Part shown: one piece after another, positions 48,554-62,014 of the stretch
Numbering within the stretch: the first letter of the stretch is position 1
Layout of the letters: the number at the start of each line of letters is the position of its first letter
Program-made: the position numbers and the translations under genes
The notes under the pieces: model-generated
Told to the model about the DNA's origin: nothing
Seen by the model: only the letters and a program-made list of their open reading frames with translations
The model's database searches: none
Source of the DNA: Paraspadella gotoi
Taxonomy: Eukaryota > Animalia > Chaetognatha
Length of the DNA: 64,000 bases
Assembly (NCBI GenBank): GCA_051294375.1
Contig: CM119264.1
Coordinates: 30,073,693-30,137,692 of the forward strand
Direction: 5' to 3'

Positions 48554-49681
48554 CTTGAGACACTCTGGTTAAATGATATTAAATTTATTATGGGGCACCT
48601 TCCACTTTTACTAGCTGACATTTATAATAATTATCGTCACTTGCGGCGTAGATGATAGATTATTCGGTTTTCCCCACATTGACTTAGATTCTCGGTTGCT
48701 CTAGAGGCAGTTTTCATCTCATAGTACATAGTAGGCCGTTAATGTTCCAGATTACGAAGAACGGATCGGTCAACAGCGAACTAAGAGTAAGTCCCTAACT
48801 TACGCGTTGGCATCACCACCATCACCGGCATAAGGACTTTCACTGTGAATCAGTGAAAATGGTTACTGGTCTAAGGAATCGATATTATTTCTCATTCGTA
48901 TAAACTCGCACAATGACAGAATCGGAGAGAAAAGTAATTATATTATTCATTTTATATTTTATTTAACTATATTAACCTACGTACAATTTCCCGAAAAAAT
49001 ATGATCGGAAAAAAAACAAAGGATCAAGGTAATGTGTATTACTGTATACATATCAGTTCGTATCTGACATCTGTGGAGCATTTTTGGTACTAAAACAAAA
49101 GATTAACGCCGTTAATAATTTTAATGCATAATATTATTAATATTAATAACATCTTAAAGTTAAATAATCGTTATATTACTATTAATACTAATACAGAGTA
49201 TCAATTGGTTTACAATAATATATATTTTAATTAAAAAAATAAATTATCATTAAGAGGTTTTTCCCCACATCCGCCTTCCTAAATTTCTAGTAATTTATTC
49301 TTTCGCCGCTAGAAAGCAGGTGGGTTTGTGATTCGCAAATGCATTGAAACGCCTTAAAACTCGTAAGCTATCACCAAGGGTCGCGTTGGCCTCGCTGGGT
49401 TTGGGCTCAGCCTCCTCCCCTACCTTTTTTTAGCAAGATTGATCGGTTCGGCCCCAAGAAACGACGGGAGGGGAAATCGCTTTCTTCTCTCTTCAATTCA
49501 CTTTCTCTTTTTTTTTTTCTCTCTTTCTTTTTTCTTTTCCTCTTTTTTCTTTTTATAATCGAAACTAGCCAACTCTAAACCGCAACCGAAAGGGGGCGTA
49601 GGACACTTTCCAACATTTTGTCTTGGATTCCTTCGAATTTTAGTCTTTCTTGTTTTTTGGTACTTGCTTTCTTTCTTTTAT

Positions 49682-49682
49682 T

Positions 49683-49776
<94 letters not shown>
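49682..49776. repeat. (TTTC)n microsatellite
   Basis: Pure tetranucleotide run. Confidence 0.95.
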
Positions 49777-49778
<2 letters not shown>

Positions 49779-52246
49779 TATTTACTCATTTATGTGTTTA
49801 TTTCTAATTACAGTATGTAATCGCTTCCCTGATGATTAAAATAAATAAAAGTAAGAAAAAAAATCTTCACAAATTTAAAAACATGAGGCAAACGCAGCCC
49901 AGCAGCGTCAGCAGTGGCGGCGGCGGCGGCGGAGGCTGCGTCCGCCCCATTGAGGAAAACAAAAGCAATAAGTCGAAATTGGAAGAAGCATTTTATTTGG
50001 TGGTCGAAGGCCGTGGGGGTGAAAAGGGGGTGGGGTGGATATTACCATCCAACCAATAGAGATTGGAGCAGAAAATGCCATTTAACCTTGCCAGTCGCCA
50101 CTCATCAGACGCCAGCTAACATTAGTTTTATTTTTTGTCCGCTGGAGCTGTAGTACTGATGTAGAACGACATTAAATACGCAATGCAGCCTGATCAATGT
50201 GGTCAACTGGTCATGTTTCCCACTCAGCAAAAGGGAAGAATTTTCTTACCAGAACTTGAACGGGTGGTAAGTATTATTGCTTTCTAACAACTGATCCAAT
50301 TCTTGAAATGTCTTTCGGCTTTTCGTCTCTCTTTCTCTCTCTCTCTCTCTCTCTCATCTCTCTCTCCTCTCTCTCTCTCTTCTCTCTTCTTCTCTCTCTC
50401 TCTCTCTCATCTGGCTAGCCTCCAAGGGCCAAACGTGGCTTTTCTGTCTTTTTTCGGACGATGCCCCCTGACCCCCATTAACTCGCCTGCAGCTCAGTCC
50501 ACTTTTGACCTTCTCCTTATCTATCTTAAGCTACAAATTCTCTTTTCTCTCATTTCCGCTTCGATGAGTAAAAAGAGGATTTTTCACTACAATCTACAAT
50601 CTCCATTAACTCTGATTAATTATTAATCATTAATCATTTATAAATTCTTTACTCAAATTATTACTCTTTTTTTTCCTAATCCTAAGTTATCAGCCCCTCG
50701 GTCTGTCTTTTGTTTGATCAGATTAAACTTTTTAGTTGCGTCACGAGCACGTCAATTTAACTCACTTTTCGGTCGGTCAGTCGTTTTGGTTAATACCCGG
50801 TAGTAAGGTTATGTCCTATAAAATGCACACTCCGTACTCGTGTAGTCACGTGATCACCTTAAAATGTGATCACCTTAAAATGTGATCACATGCGGCACAA
50901 CGCTTTTATATCACAAATTTCTCTCTTCTTTCTCTCTCCTTTCTTCTCACTTATTTTCTACCCCATTTCTCAGTCTCCGAACAAGACCTCATCCCTTCAA
51001 CCCCCCACAATTCCCCCCTTTCAACACCCCATCCCCCCCCCCCGAAAACCAATATTCTTTTATGAGACCAATTCGGCGACGGCGATGATCCCTCCCCGTT
51101 AGATCCACGTCCGATTGCTCTTTTCTTTCCCTTTCCCTTTTTTTTCCGCGCCTTTTTTTTTTTTTGAAATTTTTCCCAGGAGGCGGCGCTGGTGGTTTTT
51201 TTTTATTTGGGCTATTATCTCAATCTTTCCAAGGTCTTTGCGGATCAGGGGTTTTTCAAAGTCGTAATTATTTCCCAACAAAAAAAAAAAATGTTTTTGT
51301 TTTGGGATTAAATCTTGAATTAATACTTTGAGCTTAATGGAATCTCGAATGTAACTGTAATGTAAGCTGTAAATCTGTAAGAATTACAAAGTGAAGTGTC
51401 AATACGGCATAAGAAAACCATGATTTTAAAAGTTAATACGAATTTAAACTAGACTGTGTGAGAGTCAAGCATGAAAGCTTGAAGGGAATAAAGTTTGTAG
51501 AATCCATTAAAAAATTATCCATTCATTTCTGATTTCATAAATTAGCTATCTTGATAGAGGCTATGGTGGATATTAAGGCAGGCCAAAATTGATCACTTTT
51601 TATCATTAAGAATTTTGTAATATGAAATTCATTTGTCCATCATATACTTAATAAATATTTACTATCACTTTTTTAACTAGTGAAGCACAGTATAATATTG
51701 AAGCATTTAAATATTTATTTTTAAATTTCGTTATCCCACAGGGATGCTCTAATGTTATTTATATTACAGAACTCTTAGTTTTTACTTTGTTCCGCCTTAG
51801 TGGATATATTATGTTCTTTTCTTGCAATTATGGAGGCCTTGCGTTAAAAGCCAGTGTTAAAAGCCGTGTCGCTTGATTATTTAATATTGAATTATAAATT
51901 GATATTGTTTGTATTTCATGCGTTCAAAGTTTCCGTTATTTCTTCCGCTACCCAATTTTCGACACCACCTTCAATCCTTCATCATCCATCCGGGTCTTCC
52001 TTCATCCTCCGTATGTTATCTCTAAAGAATGATGGGCGGTGAACAAAAAAAAGGTGAGATTTATTTCTTGGAGCCGCCGTCGCGCTTAGAAAATGTTTAC
52101 GTTTTCAACGTCAAGAAATATATATATACATTATAAATTGTTTTTTCAATTCCTTTATCGTCCAAATAATTCGTGAGCCAGAAGAGGTCCCGCCTTTTTT
52201 TTGTTTTATCTAGAATTTATGGTGTAGACGCCTTTCCATCCCGTAA

Positions 52247-52304
<58 letters not shown>

Positions 52305-52682
52305 CTCCTGTCTAGGTAAAAACACGTTATTTCCATCTATCGATTGATTGATAAAAATAAAAATTAATAATATGTTCATAGTATGTACTTGGTTTACCCT
52401 AGACGGCGTAAAAATGTAACTACATTTTTCAGTTTTAAAATTACTATGCCAGATTTTTTTTCAAATCATTAATTAAAAAAAAAGGATGATGACGACGACT
52501 ACGACAACGACGTCGACGACGGTCGATGAGGACGAAAAGAAAAAGATCATTAGGAGAAAGAGATCATCACAGGAAAACGTGAACCTGACAAAGAAAAAAT
52601 GGATTTGGATTTTTTTTGGTCTCTTCTTTCTTCCTCTCACTTTATCACACTCTCTCGCTCTCTTTTTCACACTAGACTAAGT

Positions 52683-52726
<44 letters not shown>

Positions 52727-52846
52727 TATCAACCCCAAAATCTTTTGGCGCCAAGGACAGCGTTTATGGCGGGAGGCGATGGCAAGAGAGAAGACCTCTT
52801 GAAAGCAGATGCCACGACCCGCTGGTTATTGAGGGTGGAGAGAGAG

Positions 52847-52914
<68 letters not shown>

Positions 52915-53747
52915 CGAAAGCCTCCTTTTTATTCTAATTAGTAGCACGAAACAATTTCAATCAATACTAGTCAAAATAATAATAAAAAAAAAAAAAGGTG
53001 ATGTTGATTTTTTTAGTTCCGAGATTTTTATCCAAGGAAGAAGAATAATCTCGTCTCTCTCTATCTTTCTCTCTTTGTCTTCCACTTTCTGTCTTTTTCG
53101 CTATTTCTTTTTTACTTTCTGTCTCACGGTTTGTCTGTTTTTCTCTCTCTTTCCCCCTCCTTCCAACTTTTCTTCCTCCCTCTTTATTCCATCTTTCTAC
53201 CCCCTCTTCCTCCTCCTCCTCCTCCTCCTCTTCATCTTTTTGGAAATGGAGTTCGTTTCAATACTTTTTTTCTTTTTTTTTCTTTTCATTATTCATGAGA
53301 ATCTCTGGTTTTTTTGCTCGATTGAGTGGGAAGAGACTAAAAATAGGGGGCAGTGGATATAATGAGTCGCGCAATGGCATGAAAGCATGGATCGGAAGGC
53401 ATGGAGAAAAAGCATGGTGGACACTGGCCAGTTATTGTTATTTTGAAAATGTTTGCCTATCTTCTATGCTTCTCGGGTCGCGCGTTCGTGGCGTCACCCG
53501 TCGGAAATATACGACGAGAGTTTTGGATAATTATGTATAATTATGTATAATTATTATAATTATATGATTATAATTATTAATTATATATTTTTATTTACAA
53601 AACTCGTAGAAACTTTAGTTCAAACGGACAGACGCTTATATGATTCGATATATGAAATTAAATATACATTTCGGCAAAGGAGACTAAAAATTAAGTTTAA
53701 GCTTTAACCACGAATAAAGAAAGTGGTCAAAATGTGATTGACCTGAC

Positions 53748-53788
<41 letters not shown>

Positions 53789-54184
53789 AGAATGAATTTT
53801 TCTTTAGTTAAACTTGTAGCGGGGTATACGGTGTTTAAAACGAGGCTTGGCTGAAATGGTACGATCGTGAGGCTAAGTGGCACCAGAGATAAAGGGAGAA
53901 CGACACAAGCGGTGGGCAACTGAAGATGATTAAGCAAATTGCAGAATGAGGACTCCTCATTGAGGAGGCTCTCTTAGTTAAGACCGTCTGGTCGTCGTTG
54001 TTGTTGTCGTTGGCGTCGTCGTCGTCGTCGTCGTCATACTCTTTCCGACTCTTTTCATCTTTTTTACTTTCGTGGAGTGGCGCTATCGTTAATTAAGTTA
54101 TGACTATTAAATGAAAGGATAATATTTATAATGGTTGTAACAATTTTAAAACATTCATCAGCGTCAGGATAAAAATATCAATAA

Positions 54185-54213
54185 TATATATATATATATA
54201 TCAATATATATAT

Positions 54214-54272
<59 letters not shown>
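54185..54272. repeat. (TA)n microsatellite, interrupted
   Basis: TA run with two CAA interruptions. Confidence 0.9.
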
Positions 54273-54275
<3 letters not shown>

Positions 54276-54422
54276 ATATCAATATCAATAATCAGGTGTT
54301 TTATTCGAGTTACTACCAATTAGTAAATCACTTTGTAAATATTACATTGTTTTTGCTACAGAAAAGATATTTTATTTTTAATTATGATTATAAGTATTGC
54401 TCGATCTTTAAAACATTATACA

Positions 54423-54566
54423 ACTTGATTGATAGGGAAGCCAGGTACTTTGGGAGTTAATGAAAACGCTTTCAGAATCCTGAGATGTTATTATCTTGTA
54501 AGAGTGATGGAGGCCATAAACCATCAGAGCCTGTCCCAAAGCCAAAGGACAAGATCGCTTATTTAT
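54423..54566 (+). mobile_element. Dispersed repeat family copy D
   Basis: TTGATAGGGAAGCCAGGTACTTTGGGA...ATGTTATTATCTTGTAAGAGTGATGGAGGCC...AGCCTGTCCCAAAGCCAAAGGACAAGATCGCTTATTT aligns with copies A and B. Confidence 0.75.
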
Positions 54567-54607
54567 CAAATGAATTGATAAGGGTAGGGGAGCGGAAACG
54601 GTGGGCG

Positions 54608-55236
54608 TGTGGGGAAAAAGACCACAGAAGCTGTGATTTGTGGGAAAAAAGACCACAGAATCTGTGATTTGTGTAGAAAAAGACCACAGAAGCTGTGATT
54701 TTTAGGGAAAAAGACGCACAGAAGTTGTATTTTGTTGAGAAAAAGAACAACGAAGCTGTGATTTGTGGGAGAAAAAAGGACCACAGAAGCTGTGATTTGT
54801 GGAAAGAAAAAGACCACAGAAGCTGTGATTTTTAGGGGAAAAAGACCACAGAAGTTGTTATTTTGTTGAGAAAAAGACCCACAGAAGCTGTGATTTGTGG
54901 AAAAAGACCACAGAAGTTGTTATTTGTGGAGAAAGGACCACAGAAGCTGTGATTTGTGGGAAAGACAAAAGAAGTTGTTATTTGTGAGAAAAGACCACAG
55001 AAGCTGTGATTTGTGGAGAAAAGGACCACAGAAGCTGTGATTTGTGGGAAAAAGACCACAGAAGTTGTTATTTGTGGAGAAAAGGACCAACAGAAGCTGT
55101 GATTTGTGGGGAAAAAGACCACAGAAGTTGTTATTTGTTGAGAAAAAAGAACCACAGAAGCTGTGATTTGTGGGGAAAAAGACCATAGAAGCTTTGATTT
55201 GTGGAGAAAAAGACCACAGAAGCTGTGATTTGTGGA
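54608..55236. repeat. Minisatellite, ~30-32-bp unit, ~20 copies
   Basis: Consensus GAAAAAGACCACAGAAGCTGTGATTTGTGG, interspersed with a variant reading AGTTGTTATT/AGTTGTATT. Confidence 0.95.
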
Positions 55237-55297
55237 GGTGTGGAGGAATGCGTTAAGGGAAGCGTGAACACGGAGGGGGGAGTAGGGAGAGGAGTAG

Positions 55298-55393
55298 GGG
55301 TGGTGAGAGGGTGGTGAGGCGGTGGTTCGGCTGTGGTGAGTCGGTGGTGAGTCGGTGGTTAGGCGGTGGTGAGGCGGTGGTGAGTCGGTGGTG
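55298..55393. repeat. 11-bp G-rich tandem repeat (GGTGGTGAGTC-like)
   Basis: About 8 degenerate copies of ggtggtgag(t/g)c. Confidence 0.8.
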
Positions 55394-57271
55394 AAAACGA
55401 AGCTACGAAACCGAAAAAAAGAGATAAAAGAAAAACTCATTTCGTCGCGACTTTGAGTGAATTTTAACGGAAATAAAAAGCAGACGCCATCTGTGGTGAG
55501 GAATCGTGTGGAGACGATGATGAGGACGACGACGACACCGATGACGACGACAACGACGGACGTGAGACAGTTGCCATATCTAGGTCGACGCTGCGTGCCT
55601 CGCTGCTGCGTGCCGACCAATATGAAATGGGTCACTTTTCTTTCTCTTTTTGTCGAATCGAATTTGGAGAAGAGACGTCGTGACTGACTGACCGACCGGG
55701 GAGGCTGTGAGGTCCTTTTTTTTTTAAATTCGTAAGAGAGATAAAGATGACTAGAACAACGAACGATAACAAGAACAAAAACAAGAATGAGAGGAACGAC
55801 TAACAATGATAAAAACGACGACGACGACGACGACAATGTCACTATCCAAACACTTATATGGCTTCTTTCTCCTTAATTTTTAATTCCACAAAATCCAATT
55901 TCGTGAAGACACTGTGTTGGACATAAACTCTCGTAATTCGTCGATCTTATTTTATTTTTGTAAAAGTGTTTAAAAATATAAACAATCAATATTCATTTAT
56001 AAACATTACCGTTAATTATTAGATTATTACTTTTTTTGATCATGATTTCCTTTATACAGATTGTGATAATATTTTATATAAGGTTTATTATGTTTAGTAT
56101 TAGCTTATTAGGTTTTAAGTGGTTTATATGTTCGTTTATTAGTATATGCGTGGCTATTTAAAATGTCATTGATTAGGCTGAGCTTACCTGAGAGATCATC
56201 GCTTTGCTGATTGATTCCGATGCTTGCTTTTGCTTACCTCCAGTTCTAAATTATGTTTAGTCCCAGAGACTTGCGTTTTACCTGATTGCTGCATGCCATA
56301 TTGATACTCTCAGACGGAAAACCCCGCCCATCAATTGACAATGACACTGATATTAAAGCTGACTGACAATGACTCTGTTACTGACATTGAAGACCATTCA
56401 CAATATCACAAACACTGACATTCCAGCCTCGTTCCTGCTCGTTCCAAATCTCGTCTTGGCTTTTCTCCAAAATTTCCCACTCGGTTCCTTCTTATCATCG
56501 GGGAAAGAATTAGGGCTTGCGTTCAGTTTACTGTTGTTTGCTGTTGTCGACTGTTGCTTGAAAGGCATTCGTCCAACGAGGGACTACTTCACTCTCGAAG
56601 CTCTCTTAGGTAGCAGACAACAATGACTTGAGAGTCTGCTGCCAGAATGTTGTTTAAAGGTGGGGATAGAGGGAGAAGGGGAGGAAGAGAGAGGAAGAGA
56701 GGGAGAGAGAGGGAGAGGGGGAAGGGGAGGAAGAGAGAAGAAGAGAGGGAGAGAGAGGGAGAGGGGGAAGGGGAGGAAGTGGGAGGAGGTGACCAGGTCG
56801 GCCGGGCCTGGCCAACTCCGTTACTAAAGAAACAGATCCGGTAAAACCTTGCGTTAGGTTTTCTGTAATAATAAAAAAAATATCAAATTATGACATAATA
56901 TTAGTAGATTAATATTTTGTTGTTATGCCAAATCGCCACCAGCTAAGGGTATAACTGAAAATAGTCGGTCTAAACTATAATTTACAGCATAAGACAAAAA
57001 GAGTTTTTTGGCAAAATTTGAGAGGCTCTAAAAGATTTTTTTTGTGGTTGGTTTAGCGTTAAATTCGGTATTTTTATCCCTTGAAAAAGAGATAACTAAA
57101 TAGATAAAAAAAAGATTTTTTCAAGAAATTCTGGTTATAAAATTGGATGGTAAGTGAATTTGTTTAAATCGCGAGTCTCGGTAAAAATTCAGATCATGTA
57201 ACGTTTTGTCGATAAGAAAATTTTTTTTGAGGAATACTAAGGAGAAAAGGGAGAAGGAAAAGGGGAGAGGG

Positions 57272-57273
<2 letters not shown>

Positions 57274-57367
<94 letters not shown>
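57274..57367. repeat. (GA)n microsatellite
   Basis: Pure GA run of ~90 bp. Many similar GA/CT tracts lie at ~32.9, 41.1, 50.3, 52.25, 52.7-52.9, 53.75, 59.1-59.4, 60.1, 61.75 and 62.95 kb. Confidence 0.95.
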
Positions 57368-57370
<3 letters not shown>

Positions 57371-58094
57371 AAAGGCGAGCGATAAGGAAAGGGGGAAAAG
57401 GAAAAATGAAAAGAAAGAAAGAGGAAAGAGAAGAGAAAGTTTTTGGTTGGGAAAAGTAAATATTGAAAAGAGGAACTGGGAGAAAGAAATAGAAAGTGTG
57501 ATAATGTGAGAATTTTGGGGAGTAGAAAAAGAGGAATGAAAGAAAGAAAGATAGAAAGAATAAAGAAAGAAAAAAGATAAAAAGAAAGAAAGAATGATAA
57601 AACAGAGAAAGAGAAAAAGAAAGAAAGCAAGAGACTAAGAAAGAAATAATTCAAAAATTATGGCAAGGAGTTAGTTATCCAACCAATAGAATAAGAAAAA
57701 AAATTTAAAGAAAGAAAAAAGGGGAGGTGAGGCAAAAAAAAAAAAAAGAAGGAAAGATGTTTTGGTAGTAAAAAGAAGAAAAGTTTAATAAAAAACCGAG
57801 ATTTTTTTTTGGTATAATACTAGATAAGAGAAAAGATTGATTATAATACTATATAGTATATAGTATATTATAAATATATTTAGTATATAGTATATACGTT
57901 ATATTATACTATATAACTTGAAAATAAAGAGAGAATAAAACCAGAATTTGATTTTTAACTTAAATAAATTTGGTTTTGAATAAATTTGAAGGTCACGTGA
58001 TGAAACTTGGTGATTTCTTTTCCTCCTGGATTCAATCAAAAATTTATGAGGAAAGAAAATGTTTTCGTTTATTTATTCTTTCGGCGTCGATTGA

Positions 58095-58230
58095 CAAATT
58101 TACAAGGAGATCCACAGGAAACGATCTCAAATTTACAAGGAGATCCACGGGAAACGATCTCAAATTTACAAGGAGATCCACGGGAAACGATCTCAAATTT
58201 ACAAGGAGATCCACAGGAAACGATCTCAAA
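58095..58230. repeat. 33-bp tandem repeat x4
   Basis: (caaatttacaaggagatccacRggaaacgatct)x4. Confidence 0.95.
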
Positions 58231-58582
58231 AAAAAATTCTAATTTTTCAGTCACCAATTTCAAAAGAGATTTCATCAATGTTGTTAAACAATCGAAAGTC
58301 ACGTTAATTTTATTTTGAGTTCCCTCTCCCAATGGAAAATTCAAAGAGCTGCAAGGCAAAGTTGAGATCGCTATTTGAAGCTCATATGAAAAAGCTAAAA
58401 CTCAATTTTTTTTTAGCTTTGTCCCTCACTCTGAGCCATTTAAAACAGGCCCTGTTTATTGAAAATTTTTTACAAACTGGCCAAAGTGACTTATTGGCCA
58501 TTTTTTATATTAATATGAAATTACCCAAGAGTAGTGAGAGTCAAGTTGAAGTGGCTTTTAAAATGTTTTGGAAAAATTAGTT

Positions 58583-58725
58583 AGTTAGTTTTTTAACAAT
58601 GTTAGAAAAAGTTTTTAGGACAAGTATAAAAAAACTAACAAGACTTTTTAATAATTAGAAAAATCCTGTTAGTTTTTTTGTACTTGTCCTATAAAACTTT
58701 TTTTGACGTTGTTAAAAAACTAACT
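58583..58725. repeat. Imperfect inverted repeat (~65-bp arms)
   Basis: agttagttttttaacaa...taggacaagtataaaaaaactaaca ... tgttagttttttttgtacttgtccta...ttgttaaaaaactaact. Confidence 0.8.
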
Positions 58726-58980
58726 TTTTTTGATTATATTTTATTAATTAAAAATGTTGGTCATGATGGTCATGATGAACAGATAGCAGTTATGGGCCTT
58801 GCAACCATTTCTTTGAGGTCGGTAGCCGTGGATCTCCTTCTAAGACGAAATTTTCAAACCGAAGAAGATTCATCTCTGGCATCAAATATGAGAAGCACAA
58901 TTGCATCAAAAATGAGAAATTAGGATATCCTGGGGTATTTTAGATCACTGGCTCATTACAAACGGGTAGTTTGCGGAGTG

Positions 58981-59077
58981 AGAATGAGATTAAGAATGAG
59001 ATTAAGAATGAGATTAAGAATGAGATTAGGAATGAGATTAGGAATGAGATTAGGAATGAGATTAGGAATGAGATTAA
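58981..59077. repeat. 12-bp tandem repeat x8
   Basis: (RGAATGAGATTA)n, with AAG-type units followed by AGG-type units. Confidence 0.95.
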
Positions 59078-59153
59078 TAGTGAAAATGACAGTGAGACTA
59101 AAAATATTTTGTGGTCACTCTATTTTTTTTCTGACTCTCTCTCTCTCTCGACT

Positions 59154-59186
<33 letters not shown>

Positions 59187-59524
59187 TTATCTCTCTCTCT
59201 CTCTCTCTCCTCTCACTTCGTGCCCCTGTGCACCAATCAACCCGTTCTTTTTCCCGACCTCACAATTCGGTCTGTTAAATTGATTTTTCTCCCGTGTATC
59301 GATTTTACGATTTTGAACTCTCCCTCTCTCTCTCTTCTCTCTCGTCATCGTCTCTCTCTCGTCTCTCTCTCTCTCTCCTCTCTCTTCTCTCTTCTCTCTC
59401 CCGTTTTGCTAATTTTCCTCCTCAGAGCGAGAAATCCCTTTGTTCTAAAAATCGACAAAATTTCTCGATGTTAATTAAGAAAAAAAAAGATTAACTCAAA
59501 TATAACTATTTTATCATTCGAGGG

Positions 59525-59615
59525 TCTTGCTATGTTATTCACATGTGGGAGGGCTGGAGGAAATAACCCACCATAGCCTGTCCTTAGGCAGGAGGAAAGA
59601 AACCTTATTTATTTA
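59525..59615 (+). mobile_element. Dispersed repeat family copy E (diverged)
   Basis: TCTTGCTATGTTATT...TGGAGG...CCACCATAGCCTGTCC...AAGAAACCTTATTTATTT aligns loosely with copies A-D. Confidence 0.55.
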
Positions 59616-60087
59616 ATTACCTATTTATTGTAACATTTTTTCAAAGATAATTCCTGTTATTAATTGAATATATACTAATAAAATTAACAAAGTTTTATTT
59701 TATTTTTGCAACGAATTTTATTTTTCATATTACCATGAATACTAATAAAATAAAATTTATTCCTAAAATTGAATCAGTAAATGTGAGAATTGAACAATAG
59801 ATATTTTACTCTTTGCTTATTCCATCTTCAAAACGGACCAGGCACATCTCCTCAGGTTGGTTGAAAAAGAAGTAGAAAAGAAGAAAGAAAAAGAAAAAAG
59901 AAAGAGAAAGAAAAAAAGAAACAAAAAGAAACAAGAAAAAAAAAGAAAAAAAGAAAAAGCCGTCCGTCTAAACACGTCAAACGTGAGAAAAATACAATTT
60001 GAAAAACCTTTCTGAATTTCTGAAACAACATTTTTGTGATTTTTGTCCATAGTTAGGAAAGAGAGAGAGAGAGAGAGAGAGACTGAC

Positions 60088-60122
<35 letters not shown>

Positions 60123-60454
60123 CGTTTTTTTTCTCGTGACAGTTCTGACTTCCTTCTCTTCTTTTTTGTTCAATTTACTTTTTTCTTTTTTCTTTCTGGA
60201 ATTTTCTGTATTTTTGTTATTTTAATTAATTACTAACATTACGTGATACCACCAAAAAATAATGTCATGGCAGGGGTATTATTACTGAAATTACTCAATG
60301 ACTATCAGTGACTGACCGACCAAAATGCCATTAAAACCGATGCTGCGACGCATCGAAAAAAAGTTTTTGGTAAAAATCGGCGCCAGACGAAACTTCCGTT
60401 TCTAAGTTGAGGCATCGATATATCTCGCCTCAAATGGAAGGAGACAAGAGTGGG

Positions 60455-60735
60455 AAAGGAGAGAGAAGGAGAGAAGAAATATTAGCGATTGGAAGAAGGA
60501 GAGAAAAGGAGAAAAGGAGAGAGAAGGAGAGAAGAAATATTAGCGATTGGAAGAAGGAGAGAAAAGGTGAATAGGAGAGAGAAGAAATATTAGCGATTGG
60601 AAGGAGAGAAAAGGAGAAAAGGAGTGAGAAGGAGAGTATAAATATTAGCGATTGGAAAGAGAGGAGAGGAGAAAAGGAAAGAGAAGGAGAGAAGAAATAT
60701 TAGCGATTGGAAGGAGAAAAACGGAGTAAAAGAAA
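60455..60735. repeat. ~55-bp tandem repeat x5: constant AAATATTAGCGATTGGAA core in a GA-rich matrix
   Basis: Core at ~60477, 60535, 60585, 60640 and 60695. Confidence 0.9.
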
Positions 60736-61139
60736 ATTAAGAAGGAGAGAAGAAGACTGAATAATTAGAAGAAGAAAGGCGTTGTCTGGGCTGAAGGTTT
60801 TAAAGTGAAAATTTAGTTGGAAAAAAAGTTTTGAAAAAATATTTAGGTTTTTCTTTTTAGGGTCTCCTTACTTCACTGTCTTCTTTTATATTTCTTTATC
60901 TTCTCCAAGTTTCTACAAACTGCTTTAATTTAATTTAATAAGATATAATTTAATTTAATTAAATCTAATTTCAATTAATTCCAATGTTTGTTTCAATACT
61001 TTCAAATATTTTTTGATATACTATTGTAGAAAGTTTAAACATAAATCATTTTTTTATTTATTATGCACATTATTTTCATTATCTATTATTTTTTCTCATT
61101 TTAAACCATCTCCCTTTCATTTTTTCCTTTTCTTTTTTT

Positions 61140-61745
61140 TAATTTCCTCTCTTCCTCCTTCCTTCTTATCTCCCTTTAAGTTTTAACATTTTTCTCCCCT
61201 TCCCCTCTTCCTCTCCTCCGGCTTCCTCTCCCTCTCTCCTATCTCTCCTATCTCCCTTTCCCTCCCTTAGTCTCCTCTTCCCCTCCTTCCTCCCCCTTCC
61301 TTCTTTCACCCCCTCTCCTCCCTCCTCTCTATTCCCTCGTCTCTCCTCCTCTACGTTCTTTCCCTCTCTTTCCATTCTCCTCCACTCTCCCTTCCCCCCT
61401 CTCTCCCCTCCTCCTCCTTCTTCCCTCTCTCCCTTCCCTCTCCCTCTCTCACCTCCTCCTCCTTCCTCCCCTCTCCCTCCTCCTCCTTCTTCCCTCTCTC
61501 CCCTCTTCCCTCTTCCTCCACTCTCCCGCTCTCCCCTCCCCTCTCTTCCTCCCCTCTCCTCCCTCATCCCTCCACTCTCCCTTCCCCCCTCTCCATCTCT
61601 CCTCTCTTCCTCCCTCTCTCTCTCTTCCTCCTCCTCACGTTCTCGCCACTGAGAGAAAGAAAAAAAAAAGAGAATTTTCCTCGCGTCTGAAAACCTCGAT
61701 TTCTAATCCTCGATTCTCGCTGACGTAGGATTTTCTCTCTCTCTC

Positions 61746-61830
<85 letters not shown>

Positions 61831-61835
61831 CTCCA
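61140..61835. repeat. Long polypyrimidine/polypurine low-complexity tract ending in (CT)n
   Basis: Almost only C/T on the + strand, apart from an interruption at ~61.64-61.73 kb. Confidence 0.9.
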
Positions 61836-61945
61836 TCGTTGTCAGGCGTCGACCAAACAAACAAACAAATCAGTTGGCGCTGTTTTTGACGTCGTCGTTT
61901 CCGTCGTTGTTTTCGTCGTCGTTTTCGCCATCGCTCTCGAAGTCA

Positions 61946-61949
<4 letters not shown>

Positions 61950-62009
<60 letters not shown>

Positions 62010-62014
62010 TATCA
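61950..62014. repeat. (CAT)n microsatellite (a second one lies at ~63239-63298)
   Basis: Trinucleotide runs read directly. Confidence 0.95.

Noticed and set aside
44916-48655. Long + strand ORFs antisense to RPGRIP1L and ABHD12 (and similar ones over other genes)
   Set aside because: These are shadow ORFs expected opposite GC-rich coding exons.
54608-55236. CRISPR-like array of ~30-bp palindromic repeats
   Set aside because: Units are head-to-tail with no unique spacers, there are no cas genes and the context is eukaryotic. It is a minisatellite.
54832-55842. 336-aa ORF and overlapping ORFs
   Set aside because: They are translations of the minisatellite and simple repeats, with no protein-like motifs.
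58981-59077. TTAGG telomere-like repeat
   Set aside because: TTAGG occurs only inside half of the 12-bp units and is not a tandem (TTAGG)n tract.
60455-60735. Repeat-spacer pattern resembling CRISPR
   Set aside because: The spacers are mutually similar low-complexity GA sequence.
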